Source: an uncultured Verrucomicrobiae bacterium
Lineage (GTDB): Bacteria; Verrucomicrobiota; Verrucomicrobiia; Chthoniobacterales; JAFAMB01
Direction of reading: 5' to 3'
NCBI GenBank assembly: GCA_963837955.1
Contig: CAWIPH010000002.1
Coordinates: forward strand, 1,600,001 to 1,664,000
DNA: 64,000 nt
The notes beneath the pieces are model-generated. The model searched no databases, was not told where the DNA came from, and saw only the letters and a list, made by a program, of their open reading frames with translations. This document shows positions 51,315 to 61,956 of the stretch, in pieces; position 1 is the first letter of the stretch, and each line of letters starts with the position of its first letter. Both the position numbers and the translations under genes were made by a program.

Positions 51315-51732
51315 TGCACGACGCCGATTTCAGCAATCTCGGTAACTCAAAACAGGTCCGCTACGGGCTAACAATAGCGTTTAGCGGATAGTACGCGGTG
51401 CGCTGCTTGGCCGCTCTGAAAGAGCGCAAGAAATCTTCTGAGGAGCTTGGTTACGGCAAGCAACAATCCGTAGAAGCCGACGCTGAGCAAGGGGATCTAG
51501 AAGGGGCAGTTCATGTCCTCGATGGAGCCCGTAGAAGCGTCGTTCTGCCAGAGGATTTCTTACGCTCTTTCAGAGCGGATGCGCATTTTTTTAGGCTACC
51601 CGGGGTTGCGCAAAGCCTCCACCCCGGGCTGAGTCCTCTAACGCCTTCGGCGTATCTGGTATATCCGACGAGACCGGCTGGGGTTTGACTATTGGGTCAC
51701 GCCGGGCGGTTTTGTTGTGACGATCGCCGGAC

Positions 51733-53418
51733 TCACTTTCCAGCAGTGCCTGTAACGGGGATCTCGATTAAGTGCGGTTTTCCGGTCTGCAGAGCGGCCT
51801 CAACCGCCTCGCTAATTTTCCGATGGGAGTCTACAAAGGTAGACTCGACGCCCATCGATCTTGCCAGTGATTGGAAGTCAACTTTCGGCTGGCAGATATC
51901 CATCGCAAGAAAACCGTGCTCTTTTGCATTGTACTGCGGTTGGCTCAGCATGAAGTTTTTTAGAATCCCATATTCAAGATTGTTCAGAACAACGAAAACC
52001 ACGGGCACTTCTTCGTGAACGGCGCTCCAGAGCGCTTGAGGCGAGTACATCGCTGAGCCGTCGCCTACCATGCAAAGTACCGGTGCATGATCGCGCGCCA
52101 ACGAAACACCGATTGCTGCTGGCATTCCCCAACCCAATGCTCCCCCTCGATTGTGGAAATATTGGCGCCCACCCGTCGACCGGTGCATCGCCTGCGTGAA
52201 AAGGTTCGAGCATGGGGCTTCATCCACCAGCAAAAAACCATCGGAGAGCGGACGCAAAACTTCCCTGGCGGCAACTATTGGCTCGATCTTTTCATCGTCA
52301 CGGATCGCTGTGTCAGCCCGCTCGATGAGTTGACGCCAGAGGACGTCCTTTTGCTGCCGCGCATATTCGATGTTTTGTTTAATGATGGCAGACGGCACCT
52401 TGGGTTCCAATTCTTGCGCCAATGCTTCCAATGTCGCTCGGACGTTGCCGAAAATGCCGAGCTTGGGAGCATCGTTATATCCCAAATCGTTCGCATCCTC
52501 CGAGATATGGTAAAACTCGATCGAGTCAGGGATTGGATCACGCATTGTATAAACGATCGAGACCAAGCTTTTTCCACCCAATGCCAGCAAGCAGTCGTAA
52601 CGACTCAGAATTTCTGAAATACCCTGGGCGGTGGTGGGAAGTGGCCCTCGCCAGAAAGGATCGATTGAAGGGTAGTTATTGACCGATGGCCAGGAAGCAC
52701 CGTAAACAGGTGCGCCAATTAGTTGGGCCACTCGGGCGATTGCTTTTCCCAAGCCGAGTTCGGCGATATCGTTTCCTGCTACAATAACGGTCCGACCATG
52801 GTCAAATTTCAGAAGTCCGGAGGCAAGTTCCTTGAGGCCAACCCCGACGTTTGAGAGTTCGATGCGGCTTGGTGGAACGACTCGCGGCGAGCCGATCTCG
52901 TCCAAGATATTCATCGGCAGCGACAAAAAGACCGGCCCGCGTGGTGGAGACATGGAACTATGAAAGGCACGGCGAAGAATCAGGGGCAAATCATCTAACG
53001 AATTCGGTTCGAAACACCATTTGGCTATGGGGTTTGCCATCCCCACGAGATCGGCAGCGAGCAATGGATCGGCAAGAATATGCCTGAGATCCTGTTGACC
53101 CGCGGTGACTACCATTGGCGCCCTAGCAATCTTGGCGTTCATGATCGCCCCCATTCCGTGACCCAAGCCGCCTGATGTGTGGAGATTCACGAAAGCAGGT
53201 TTCCCCGATGCCTGAGCATAACCATCAGCCATGCCCACGGCGGTCGCTTCTTGAAGTCCCCAAACATAGCGAAAATCCGGGTTGACCACCAATGCGTCGA
53301 TCAGTGGAAGCTCCGTCGTGCCCGGATTCCCAAAAATGAACTGGGTGCCCTCCGATCGTAAAATTTCGAGGAGAATTTCTGCTCCCCTTGCTTTCTGCGC
53401 TCCGACAGTTTTTGCCAT
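51733..53418 (-). CDS. Thiamine-diphosphate enzyme, benzoylformate decarboxylase-like
   Basis: FGNPGTTELP, QEATAVGMADGYA, NLH, GDGSAMY...NN. Confidence 0.9.
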   Translation of the reverse strand: MAKTVGAQKARGAEILLEILRSEGTQFIFGNPGTTELPLIDALVVNPDFRYVWGLQEATAVGMADGYAQASGKPAFVNLHTSGGLGHGMGAIMNAKIARAPMVVTAGQQDLRHILADPLLAADLVGMANPIAKWCFEPNSLDDLPLILRRAFHSSMSPPRGPVFLSLPMNILDEIGSPRVVPPSRIELSNVGVGLKELASGLLKFDHGRTVIVAGNDIAELGLGKAIARVAQLIGAPVYGASWPSVNNYPSIDPFWRGPLPTTAQGISEILSRYDCLLALGGKSLVSIVYTMRDPIPDSIEFYHISEDANDLGYNDAPKLGIFGNVRATLEALAQELEPKVPSAIIKQNIEYARQQKDVLWRQLIERADTAIRDDEKIEPIVAAREVLRPLSDGFLLVDEAPCSNLFTQAMHRSTGGRQYFHNRGGALGWGMPAAIGVSLARDHAPVLCMVGDGSAMYSPQALWSAVHEEVPVVFVVLNNLEYGILKNFMLSQPQYNAKEHGFLAMDICQPKVDFQSLARSMGVESTFVDSHRKISEAVEAALQTGKPHLIEIPVTGTAGK

Positions 53419-53451
53419 AGAAGTTACGCTATTACGACAAAGCACGTCGGA

Positions 53452-54420
53452 CTACCTCAAACGTGTTCGCTGTGATCTTCTGTGCAAATAACCATCCGAA
53501 TGTTTTGCGGCTGCAGTTTTCTCCGGGCCTTTAGCCTGGGCGTGTTTCCTCAGCATTTCTAGAAACGCCTGGAGAACGATCGATTGGTTGTCCCGACGCC
53601 AAGCGATGTGGATATCGAAAGTTGGGATGCTCGGCCGCAACGGCCGAAACTCGACCTCGACCGGCAGAATCTGCTGAAACGTCTCAGGCACGAGCGCTAC
53701 GCCGAAACCAGCGGATACCAACCCGAGCAGGCTTAGAGCGCCATCCGCTTGCTCTGGGGCAATTTCGGGCGTGAATCCCGCGGAACGGCAATGGCTCACG
53801 AACCGGCTGTGATAAGCAGGGGCTGTCCGTTGAATAGAAATAAACTTCTCATTCGCCAGCTCCGACAATCTCAGCCGCCGCTGCTTGGCCAAAGGATGCC
53901 CAGGCGGTAACGCAACGAAATGGGGAACTTTCCGTAAACACTCGAACACCAACTCGCTCTCCAATTCTGGGTATCGGATTCCGACGTAGCCCAAATCGAT
54001 CCGGCGATTGATTAATTCCTGAACTTGCTGGTGGTATTGCATTTCTCGAATTCCCAATTCCACCATCGGAAAAAGTTGACGGAAGAGGCGCATTACCCGC
54101 AAAAGAACCGGTTCAAAACCTTCTACCGCGTAAGCGATGTCGAGGTGGCCCGCTTCGCCGCGGCTGGCCGCTTGGGCGAGTTGGACCGCACGCTGACTCT
54201 GAGCCAGAATTGAGCGAGCTTCCTTCAAGAAGGTCCGGCCCGCTTCAGTGAGACGCATCCCGCTCTGGCTACGCACGAACAGTTTCGTCCCGACTTCGTC
54301 CTCCAGATCGTGAATCTGTCGGGTAAGAGGGGGCTGGGAAAGATGCAGGCGGGTGGCCGCCTGACGGACATTCAGTTCTTCGGCCACCGCCACGAAGTAG
54401 CGGAGGTGACGTAGTTCCAT
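53452..54420 (-). CDS. LysR-family transcriptional regulator
   Basis: MELRHLRYFVAVAEELN...SQPPLTRQI. Confidence 0.95.
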   Translation of the reverse strand: MELRHLRYFVAVAEELNVRQAATRLHLSQPPLTRQIHDLEDEVGTKLFVRSQSGMRLTEAGRTFLKEARSILAQSQRAVQLAQAASRGEAGHLDIAYAVEGFEPVLLRVMRLFRQLFPMVELGIREMQYHQQVQELINRRIDLGYVGIRYPELESELVFECLRKVPHFVALPPGHPLAKQRRLRLSELANEKFISIQRTAPAYHSRFVSHCRSAGFTPEIAPEQADGALSLLGLVSAGFGVALVPETFQQILPVEVEFRPLRPSIPTFDIHIAWRRDNQSIVLQAFLEMLRKHAQAKGPEKTAAAKHSDGYLHRRSQRTRLR

Positions 54421-54424
54421 GGGC

Positions 54425-54443
54425 TGATATCCTAAAGGTATCA
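54425..54443. promoter_or_regulatory. LysR-type box immediately upstream of lysR
   Basis: TGATA-tcctaaagg-TATCA palindrome containing T-N11-A. Confidence 0.6.
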
Positions 54444-54501
54444 TGCTCCCACCAAATCGATATTATCCAAGCTATTTTTTCGATTCATCTTTGGTAGTGA
54501 G

Positions 54502-54963
54502 ATGAAAAATAAACGAGACCGTGAAACTGACAAACGGACTAATCTTCGCGCCTCGTCAGAAAAATCTACCTTCTCCAAACAATTTGCCGGATTCTGGCGG
54601 GACCTCGAAGATAACCAGCATTGGAAATACGATGAGTTGTCCCCGGTTCATTTGCTGGAAAGGTTGAAGCTTGATGAGTGTCTGGCGGAAAAGGATGAAT
54701 TCGCCCGGGCCGAATTCTTTTGGAGTCGCCGGCCACGCTTACTCCCCGCAAGCGGCTATATTCTTTGGCTTATTGTGGCTCTCGGGTTGCCATTGTGGCT
54801 ATTCATTGTTCCGGCGATAGGAGTCCCGCTTCTAGTATTATCGGCGGTGGTAGTCGACGCCGGGATCGTCCGATCTGTGCGGTGGCGACGCCAGTATGAA
54901 CTAAGTATCGATCGACTCATCCGGCACTGCGGTCGGAGTGAGCATTCAAGGTCTTCGGTTTGA
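54502..54963 (+). CDS. Hypothetical membrane protein
   Basis: 153 aa, two adjacent hydrophobic helices, divergent from lysR. Confidence 0.55.
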   Translation: MKNKRDRETDKRTNLRASSEKSTFSKQFAGFWRDLEDNQHWKYDELSPVHLLERLKLDECLAEKDEFARAEFFWSRRPRLLPASGYILWLIVALGLPLWLFIVPAIGVPLLVLSAVVVDAGIVRSVRWRRQYELSIDRLIRHCGRSEHSRSSV

Positions 54964-55201
54964 GACGTCTTGCGACATTGATGGAGCGAGATAACTCGCC
55001 AACCGCGCGTAATGGGAAATGCATACAAAATCGGCAGAAAATAGACAGGTCATCCGGCACCTCTATGATGCGCTGGGCAGGGGTGACACGGACAGCACGT
55101 CGCCCAGAGCAGACGTTAAGGCGAGTAAAGTCGCTAGGGCTCATAGCCCTCGTGTCGGAGTTGCAGTAACCTCCGAAACGGCGGCCAGAGAGAAGGCCGT
55201 C

Positions 55202-55396
55202 ATGACTAGACTTGTGCTGGCCGCCTTGTCTGGATTGATTTCCCCTTTCGCCGCCATTTGCTCGACCGTGATCTATCCGGCTGTTCTTGAGTGGCGCTAC
55301 TTCTGGCTAGCCGTGTGTGTTGCCGGTTTCGTCGCTTTGATCATCTTCCTTTGGAAGGTTTGCGAACTATTTTATGGACCGAAAGTGTATGAGTAG
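55202..55396 (+). CDS. Small hypothetical membrane protein
   Basis: Two hydrophobic segments from ATG 55202; no motif recognised. Confidence 0.35.
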   Translation: MTRLVLAALSGLISPFAAICSTVIYPAVLEWRYFWLAVCVAGFVALIIFLWKVCELFYGPKVYE

Positions 55397-55556
55397 TTCG
55401 ACGTCATTAACAAATCTGTGCGTTCGCTTTCGGATTCCCGTGAGCACTCGGCCTCTGCTGCCAGGTTAGCAGGTAACAAAATGAAGTCAGTACCGGGAAA
55501 ATCCGATATTTATGAATACGAATTCCTATCTGCGATTACTCTTGATGATCTTGGCT

Positions 55557-55815
55557 AACGATTCGACAGAAGTTAGTAAAATTATTGGGGATGAAGATAC
55601 GCAAACTCCGTTCGCGTTGCCCAGAGGCAAAAACCTGCACGACGGGGTGAGCGACTTGCTTGAGGTCCTCGACGACCGCGAGCGCAAGATAATCTTCCAG
55701 CGGTTCGGACTAGATGGTGGCAAACCGAAGACCCTCGAAGAAGTGGGTAAGAAGTTGGGGGTTACGCGAGAGCGAATCCGTCAGCTCCAGAATATCGCCT
55801 TGGCGAAATTGCGTT
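55557..55815 (+). pseudogene. C-terminal fragment (regions 3.2-4) of a group 1/2 sigma-70 factor
   Basis: LDDRERKIIFQRFGLDGGKPKTLEEVGKKLGVTRERIRQLQNIALAKLR; no region 2. Confidence 0.85.
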
Positions 55816-55917
55816 TGCGGATTCAATCCTCAACAAAATACACCTCAAAATTTTTCGCCTGTTTCAATCTTCTGAAAAGTGCGTCCGCGGCCAATCGCAG
55901 AAGACCGCGCACAACAA

Positions 55918-56331
55918 ATGAACAAGACACCAATGAGCGCGCAAGACAGAATCCAGTCAGCAAAAGACTCGATCGCAAGTGCGATCCTCGATTTGGAGCA
56001 GGCGGAGCAGGAGCTGAAAGGTTCCAGAGTTGAAGAATATGTCAGCCGATCGGCACAAGTCCTGGAATCAGTTTTTAGCGAGCTGGTTTTAGCTAAGCGG
56101 CTCGCAATAGAAAAACCCAAACAAATGACCACCTTCGAATACAAGGGCCGCAAGATGGAGATTATCCTGCATGGCGGTTCGCGTCGCTATTGGGACGAAC
56201 TTGATTACGAGCTTAAGATCAATGGCAAACGAGCTGGCGATGCCTTCCATACAGATGGATGGAGATACAGCTCTGTCGAGAAAGCAACAGAACACGCCAA
56301 GCAACTAATCGACGCGGAGGAGGCAAAGTGA
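55918..56331 (+). CDS. Hypothetical protein (helical N-terminus, small beta-rich C-terminus)
   Basis: Protein-like composition; stop overlaps the ftsH GTG start (GTGA). Confidence 0.6.
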   Translation: MNKTPMSAQDRIQSAKDSIASAILDLEQAEQELKGSRVEEYVSRSAQVLESVFSELVLAKRLAIEKPKQMTTFEYKGRKMEIILHGGSRRYWDELDYELKINGKRAGDAFHTDGWRYSSVEKATEHAKQLIDAEEAK

Positions 56332-58340
56332 ACTCTCGACCTCCCGCATCGGCGAAACGCGTTCAACAGACAGACGGAACGCGGCGGGATGAGAAGGCCG
56401 CCCCGCCGGCGACGATACCGCCGGGCAGGACATGGCTTGCATTCCTCTTCATCCTGTTCGCGAATTACCTGCTGATGAAATTTTTATTCCCGAGTCCGGA
56501 GGCACCGGTCGTGGCCTATACCTTATTCAAGGAGGAAATCGGAAAAGGGAACGTCGAGGCGGTCTACAGCCGGGGCGAGGCGATCGAAGGCCGTTTCAAA
56601 ACGGCAGTTATCTTGCCACCCTCCGGCACAGCGCCCTTCGGTGAATCACGATCGGTGACAACCTTCAAGACTACGCTGCCCTCATTCCTAGGTCCCGGCC
56701 TGGAAGCGCTGTTGATTGACCACGGAGTCGAAATCAGCGCAAAACCTATCCAGTCAGGCGGCAGTCCGTGGGCGACGCTCCTGATCGGTTTCGGCCCAGC
56801 GATACTAATTATCACCTTTTATGTCTGGCTGTTCCGGCGTGCGGCACAGCAAGGTGGAGGATTGGGGGGCGGGCTCATGGGCATTGGCAGGAGTAAAGCC
56901 CGTCGCTACGACAAGGAACAAGGTACAAAAGTCACCTTCGACGATGTGGCCGGCATCGACGAAGCCAAGAACGAGTTGGTCGAGATCGTCGATTTCCTCA
57001 AGGCACCAGAGAAGTACACCCGTTTGGGCGGTACAGCTCCCAAGGGCGTCCTGTTAGTGGGTGAGCCAGGCACGGGCAAGACGTTGTTGGCGAGGGCGGT
57101 TGCCGGAGAGGCGAGGGTGCCATTCTTCTCAATGAGCGCCGCAGAGTTTGTTGAGATGATTGTGGGTGTGGGTGCGGCGAGGGTGCGAGACCTCTTCAAG
57201 CAGGCGCGAGAGAACGCGCCTGCGATCATCTTCATCGACGAGCTGGACTCAATCGGTCGCGCTCGAGGGCAGACGGCGATCGGCGGCTCCAGCGAGCAGG
57301 AGCAGACGCTGAATCAGATCCTGACCGAGATGGATGGCTTCTCCAGCCAGCACGGCGTGATCGTGCTGGCCGCGACCAATCAACCCGAGGTGCTTGACAA
57401 GGCGCTCCTCCGACCCGGACGCTTCGATCGGCGTGTCGTAGTCAATCTTCCGGATAAGACTGGACGCGAAGCGATTCTTAAGGTCCACACGCGCAAGGTT
57501 CCGCTCGCACATGATGCCAGCTTGGCGGAGCTGGCCGCTGCGACGCCGGGACTCGCGGGTGCCGACCTCAAAAATCTCGTCAACGAGGCGGCGCTGCTGG
57601 CAGCCCGCCGCGAGCAGAACGAGGTTCACCAGAAGGATTTTCTGGACGCGTTAGAAAAGATCGTGCTAGGCCCGGAGCGCCCGCTTCTCCTGAGCCGTCA
57701 GGACCGGGAGCGCATCGCGTATCACGAGAGCGGACACGCCATCCTTGGGCTCGTCGTGCCGGGCGCGGACCCGGTGCATCGCGTAACGATCGTGCCTCAC
57801 GGGCAGGCGCTCGGTGTGACCTATCAACGCCCAGACAGAGATCGTTATAACTTTCCCGAAGGCTACCTGCGTGCAAGGATCGTCGGCATGCTCGGAGGGC
57901 GCGCGGCCGAAGAAATCATCTACGGCACAAGGACCACAGGTGCCGAGAGCGACATCGAGCAGGCCACCAATCTCGCCCGCACCATGGTCACGCGCTGGGG
58001 CATGAGCGACAAGCTCGGACTCGTGCAACTGGCGCCGCCCGGGAAACCCTATCTCGGTGGCACGGTCGGCTTCGCAGGCGACAAACTTTTTAGCGAGGAG
58101 ACCGCTCGCGTCATTGACGCGGAAGTGCTACGAATCATCAGCGAAAGCCATGAGGAGGCAAAGAGTCTGCTGAGCGCGCATCGGAAGGAACTCGATGCTC
58201 TGGTCGAAGCTTTACTCTCACGCGAGACCCTCAATGAGCAGGAGATCCTCGCAGTGACCGGACTTCCCTCTGCACCCCCGCTGAAAACCGGTCGCATGGC
58301 GCTTGCTCATGTGGACCGTAGGGTCGCTGTTTCTCGCTAA
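56328..58340 (+). CDS. ftsH: ATP-dependent zinc metalloprotease FtsH
   Basis: 2 TM helices, [33 protein letters not shown] ggaggagg. Confidence 0.96.
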   Translation: MNSRPPASAKRVQQTDGTRRDEKAAPPATIPPGRTWLAFLFILFANYLLMKFLFPSPEAPVVAYTLFKEEIGKGNVEAVYSRGEAIEGRFKTAVILPPSGTAPFGESRSVTTFKTTLPSFLGPGLEALLIDHGVEISAKPIQSGGSPWATLLIGFGPAILIITFYVWLFRRAAQQGGGLGGGLMGIGRSKARRYDKEQGTKVTFDDVAGIDEAKNELVEIVDFLKAPEKYTRLGGTAPKGVLLVGEPGTGKTLLARAVAGEARVPFFSMSAAEFVEMIVGVGAARVRDLFKQARENAPAIIFIDELDSIGRARGQTAIGGSSEQEQTLNQILTEMDGFSSQHGVIVLAATNQPEVLDKALLRPGRFDRRVVVNLPDKTGREAILKVHTRKVPLAHDASLAELAAATPGLAGADLKNLVNEAALLAARREQNEVHQKDFLDALEKIVLGPERPLLLSRQDRERIAYHESGHAILGLVVPGADPVHRVTIVPHGQALGVTYQRPDRDRYNFPEGYLRARIVGMLGGRAAEEIIYGTRTTGAESDIEQATNLARTMVTRWGMSDKLGLVQLAPPGKPYLGGTVGFAGDKLFSEETARVIDAEVLRIISESHEEAKSLLSAHRKELDALVEALLSRETLNEQEILAVTGLPSAPPLKTGRMALAHVDRRVAVSR

Positions 58341-58466
58341 CCTCAAAAGCGCGCCAAAAAAAACGCGTCGCTCTTCTGGGAGAGCCCGAGCAGACTGACT
58401 TAGAGATCGAGGTTTCATTGCAGGATCAGTCGCAATGGCGGTGACATGATGAAAGACTCTGACAGC

Positions 58467-60167
58467 TTAGAACTTCAGCACGGCGTCGACCCGGACGTAG
58501 TGCCAGCTGTTGTCGTCGGCGATACCGGAACCGCGAGTGGCCTGGCCTCCGTAAAGGTTCGTCAAGTTCCAATCGATTCGGCCGCCCAATCGAATGATGA
58601 AGAAGTCGGTGATGTTGTAATTGATGCCGAAGCCGAAGCCTTGCATATTCAAACGCCCACTCATTGCGTCATCGAATGAGAGGTTCGGGTCAACTGCTGC
58701 GATACCGATCTGGCGGTAATCGGCGTAGGCCGAAAGATCTCCGGCTTTCTTGTTGTCGCCAATCTGCAACCCAACTAACCAAGCCATTTTGTCCTTGTTG
58801 GAGGGTTGCGCCAGATTCCGGTAACCGATCACAACACCGGCCGAATTGGTGACCACTTCGCTATACAAGCCAGGGAATGGGAAGGTAGTGGGATTGGTCC
58901 CATCGCGCTGGGTGGTGATGAAAGGCGTGGTCAGCGTTGTACCGTTGAAAAGGGTCGTTCCCGTCGCTCTTTGACCGGCCGTACCGAGCAAGCTGAAGCG
59001 TTTACCTCCATCAAAGTTGTAAGCAAAGTCCCAATAAAATTTCACCGGGATCTTGCCCACCTTCACGGTGATATCTCCCGGCGCTTGAACGACAAACAGA
59101 CTTCTTTCTTCGCCGGTTCCATCCAGGAACTGGAGGAAGTCGGTCTTGGCCGGTGCGGTAAATCCGCCGGTATTGACCGAGGAGAAGTTGCCGGCTGGGC
59201 CATTGGCCACGGTGTCGTGTCCGTAGGCACCGGCATTGGCGATAAAGAGCGACGGAGCTACCGTGATCGAGAACCAGTCGGTCTTGTAGCGAGCCAACAA
59301 CTGTTCTTCGAACAGGTAAGAATCGTTCTTCAGATCGCTGTCGAAGTTGTATTCGTTGTTGTCGTAGAAAATGAACTGACCGGCAATGAGCGCCAACTCG
59401 AAAGTCCCGTGGCTCAAATGGACGGGAGGTGCCTTGCCTTCCTTGCTATAGCTAGCCGGTTCGCCGGCCGAGTTCCACCCGAACAGCTGATCAAAATCGA
59501 TCCGTTCCACTAACCCTTGCGGAAACATTTTTACCGAATCCCAGAATAGATCGGTGGCATAGAATGGGAGGTCCTGCTTTCCGGCGACGACGCTCAGTCC
59601 GGGATAACCGTTCCAACCCAAGAATGCTTTGTTTATATAGATGCTGTAGTTCTGGAAACCACCCGTGTAGGTCTGAAAATTCGTGTCGGAGAAGTTACTG
59701 GTCGTGAGGCTGAATCCGCCAAAGAAGCCAGCATCAAATTTCATTTCTGCATTCAAAAACAATTTGAACCGCCAGCGCGAGCGTTGCGCCACATGGTTGC
59801 GTCCGTTCGGACTGGCCGTCAGTGTGGGAGTAGGATTCCGAAGAGAGGGGATCGGCGTCGGAGTCGGCGCAGCAGGAGCAGCCGAAGGCTCTTGGGCCTG
59901 TTCTTCGTCCCACTGGTAACGGAGGAGCAGTTCACCGTCCAGTTTCAGCTCCTTAATCCAGGGTGCCAGCTTGAGCGGACTACTCGGAGTTGTCACCAGT
60001 GCCGGGTTTTTCGACACCTCACTTTCGATCTGCTGGGCGTCTTTTTGCGTCAGGATGCCTTTGCGAACCAGGGCATCAATGAGCGCCTGATCGTCTGCGA
60101 ACGCGGCACTGGTCGTAAAGGCAACAAGGCCGACCAGTGCTAGGAGGTTGCAGGTTACAAGTTGCAA
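58467..60167 (-). CDS. Putative outer-membrane porin; 5' end uncertain
   Basis: Hydrophobic core of signal peptide, ALIDALVRKGIL N-domain, amphipathic beta strands, C-terminal VLKF. Confidence 0.8.
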   Translation of the reverse strand: MQLVTCNLLALVGLVAFTTSAAFADDQALIDALVRKGILTQKDAQQIESEVSKNPALVTTPSSPLKLAPWIKELKLDGELLLRYQWDEEQAQEPSAAPAAPTPTPIPSLRNPTPTLTASPNGRNHVAQRSRWRFKLFLNAEMKFDAGFFGGFSLTTSNFSDTNFQTYTGGFQNYSIYINKAFLGWNGYPGLSVVAGKQDLPFYATDLFWDSVKMFPQGLVERIDFDQLFGWNSAGEPASYSKEGKAPPVHLSHGTFELALIAGQFIFYDNNEYNFDSDLKNDSYLFEEQLLARYKTDWFSITVAPSLFIANAGAYGHDTVANGPAGNFSSVNTGGFTAPAKTDFLQFLDGTGEERSLFVVQAPGDITVKVGKIPVKFYWDFAYNFDGGKRFSLLGTAGQRATGTTLFNGTTLTTPFITTQRDGTNPTTFPFPGLYSEVVTNSAGVVIGYRNLAQPSNKDKMAWLVGLQIGDNKKAGDLSAYADYRQIGIAAVDPNLSFDDAMSGRLNMQGFGFGINYNITDFFIIRLGGRIDWNLTNLYGGQATRGSGIADDNSWHYVRVDAVLKF

Positions 60168-60227
60168 GTTACGGGTTGCAGATTGGGATCCACGTAACTT
60201 GTAACCTGTAACTTGTAACCTGTAACC
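60145..60227. repeat. Inverted heptamer-repeat element
   Basis: aggttgc/aggttac/aagttgc/aagttac/gggttgc, then gtaactt/gtaacct x5. Confidence 0.85.
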
Positions 60228-60228
60228 A

Positions 60229-61797
60229 TCAATGTGCCATCGAAGCTGCCTGCGGCGGCGCCTTTGCTTTCTTAAACAGGAAGATCATAGGCCCAAGCGC
60301 AAGACAGATCAGTGCCAGCCAGCGGAACTGTTCCACGTAAGCCCATAGGCCGGCCTGTTGCTGAAGAGTCAGATTCAGAACGCCGTAAGCCTGCGATTGA
60401 GCAGCTTGACCGGATTGAGCAGCTAACGAGTGCTGCAGTGCAGCGAGTTGATTACGGAACGGTGCGTCCAAGTTTGTGAAGTGCTCAACCAGCAAAGCCT
60501 GATGCACTTGGGTACTCCGCGTAACCAGCGCGGTCACCAAGGATATTCCAACCGATCCCCCCAGGTTTCTTACCAGGCTCGTTAGACCGGCAGCATCCCC
60601 CATGTTCTCGCGCTTCAGAGTTGCCACCGAGAAAGTAGTCATCGGCACAAAGATCGAGGTGACGGCAAATCCGCTAATGACGATTGGCCAAATGACGTTC
60701 TCCGGGGAAATGTTTAGGTTCATCCCGCCCAAAAGGAACATGGTGATACCCAGCAATGCCGCTCCCTGTGCCATCCAGAGACGGCCGTCAACCTTGGAAA
60801 GAATGCGTCCGGCAACGATGCTACCGATAATTGCTCCGAACCCTCTCGGGCTCATCACCAGGCCGGCCTGCATAGAGGGATACCCAAGTAAAAGTTGCAG
60901 AAACTGCGGCAATGCCGCTGTTGTGCTGTAGAGGACGGCGCCAACGCTGAAGTTCAATAAAACCCCGGTCGCGAGATTTCGATCCTTCAATACCCGCAAA
61001 TTGACGATCGGATGGGGTGTCGTCAGTTCCCGGACAAGGAAAGCGATGAAACCAAGGAGTGCGAATACAGCTAACCAACGAATAAAATTCGATGAAAACC
61101 AGTCGTCATCCTGACCCTTGTCGAGCAGTACTTGGAGGCAACCGATCCACAGGGCCAGGAAGCCGAATCCAAAGAAGTCGATTTTCCCGGCTTTCGCGTT
61201 TTTCAGGTACGGAGGGTCTTCGAGAAACCGGAGACACATGAAGATCGCCGCAATGCCAACGGGAATGTTAATGTAGAAGACCCAGCGCCAAGAATAGTTG
61301 TCCGTAAGCCAACCTCCTAAGGTAGGCCCAAGTATGGGCGCCACCACGACGCCCATGGCGTAAACTGACATGGCGGTTCCCCGTTTCTCCGGAGGGAAAG
61401 TCTCTAGCATGACCGCTTGGGAGACCGGTTGCAGAGCGCCTCCTCCGGCGCCCTGAATAATTCGGGCTAAAATCAGAAAACCCAAGCTGGTAGCCACTCC
61501 GCAGAGCATCGAAGCAAGGGTAAAGATCGTAATACAAGTGATCAGGAAACGCCTGCGGCCGAAGCGTCGTGAGAGCCAGCTGCTGGCGGGCAAAATTACG
61601 GCATTGGAAACGAGATAGCTGGTAAGCACCCAGGTCGCTTCATCGGTGCTCGCCGAGAGATTTCCAGCGATGTGCGTTAACGAAACGTTGGCCACGGAGG
61701 TATCGAGCACCTCCATGAACGTCGCCAACATCACTCCTGCCGCTATCAACCAGGGGTTAGCGGCTGGTTTCCATGGCTGCTCCGTTTGATCAGCCAT
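60229..61797 (-). CDS. DHA2-family MFS efflux permease (EmrB-like)
   Basis: FMEVLDTSVANVSL, WVLTSY, RIIQGAGGG, WRWVFYINIP. Confidence 0.95.
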   Translation of the reverse strand: MADQTEQPWKPAANPWLIAAGVMLATFMEVLDTSVANVSLTHIAGNLSASTDEATWVLTSYLVSNAVILPASSWLSRRFGRRRFLITCITIFTLASMLCGVATSLGFLILARIIQGAGGGALQPVSQAVMLETFPPEKRGTAMSVYAMGVVVAPILGPTLGGWLTDNYSWRWVFYINIPVGIAAIFMCLRFLEDPPYLKNAKAGKIDFFGFGFLALWIGCLQVLLDKGQDDDWFSSNFIRWLAVFALLGFIAFLVRELTTPHPIVNLRVLKDRNLATGVLLNFSVGAVLYSTTAALPQFLQLLLGYPSMQAGLVMSPRGFGAIIGSIVAGRILSKVDGRLWMAQGAALLGITMFLLGGMNLNISPENVIWPIVISGFAVTSIFVPMTTFSVATLKRENMGDAAGLTSLVRNLGGSVGISLVTALVTRSTQVHQALLVEHFTNLDAPFRNQLAALQHSLAAQSGQAAQSQAYGVLNLTLQQQAGLWAYVEQFRWLALICLALGPMIFLFKKAKAPPQAASMAH

Positions 61798-61956
61798 CGA
61801 GGTTAGGCATCCCTGGCGCCGCGGCTCAATGGATTATTTGTCGCTCCGTCGCGCCGGCTCCGCGACCAGATCCAACGAAATGGCCGCCAGCGATGCTTGC
61901 CAGTGAGAAGGAAGGGATTCCGCTCCCGAGGTACTTTCTTTGTCTTCATAGAAAAA

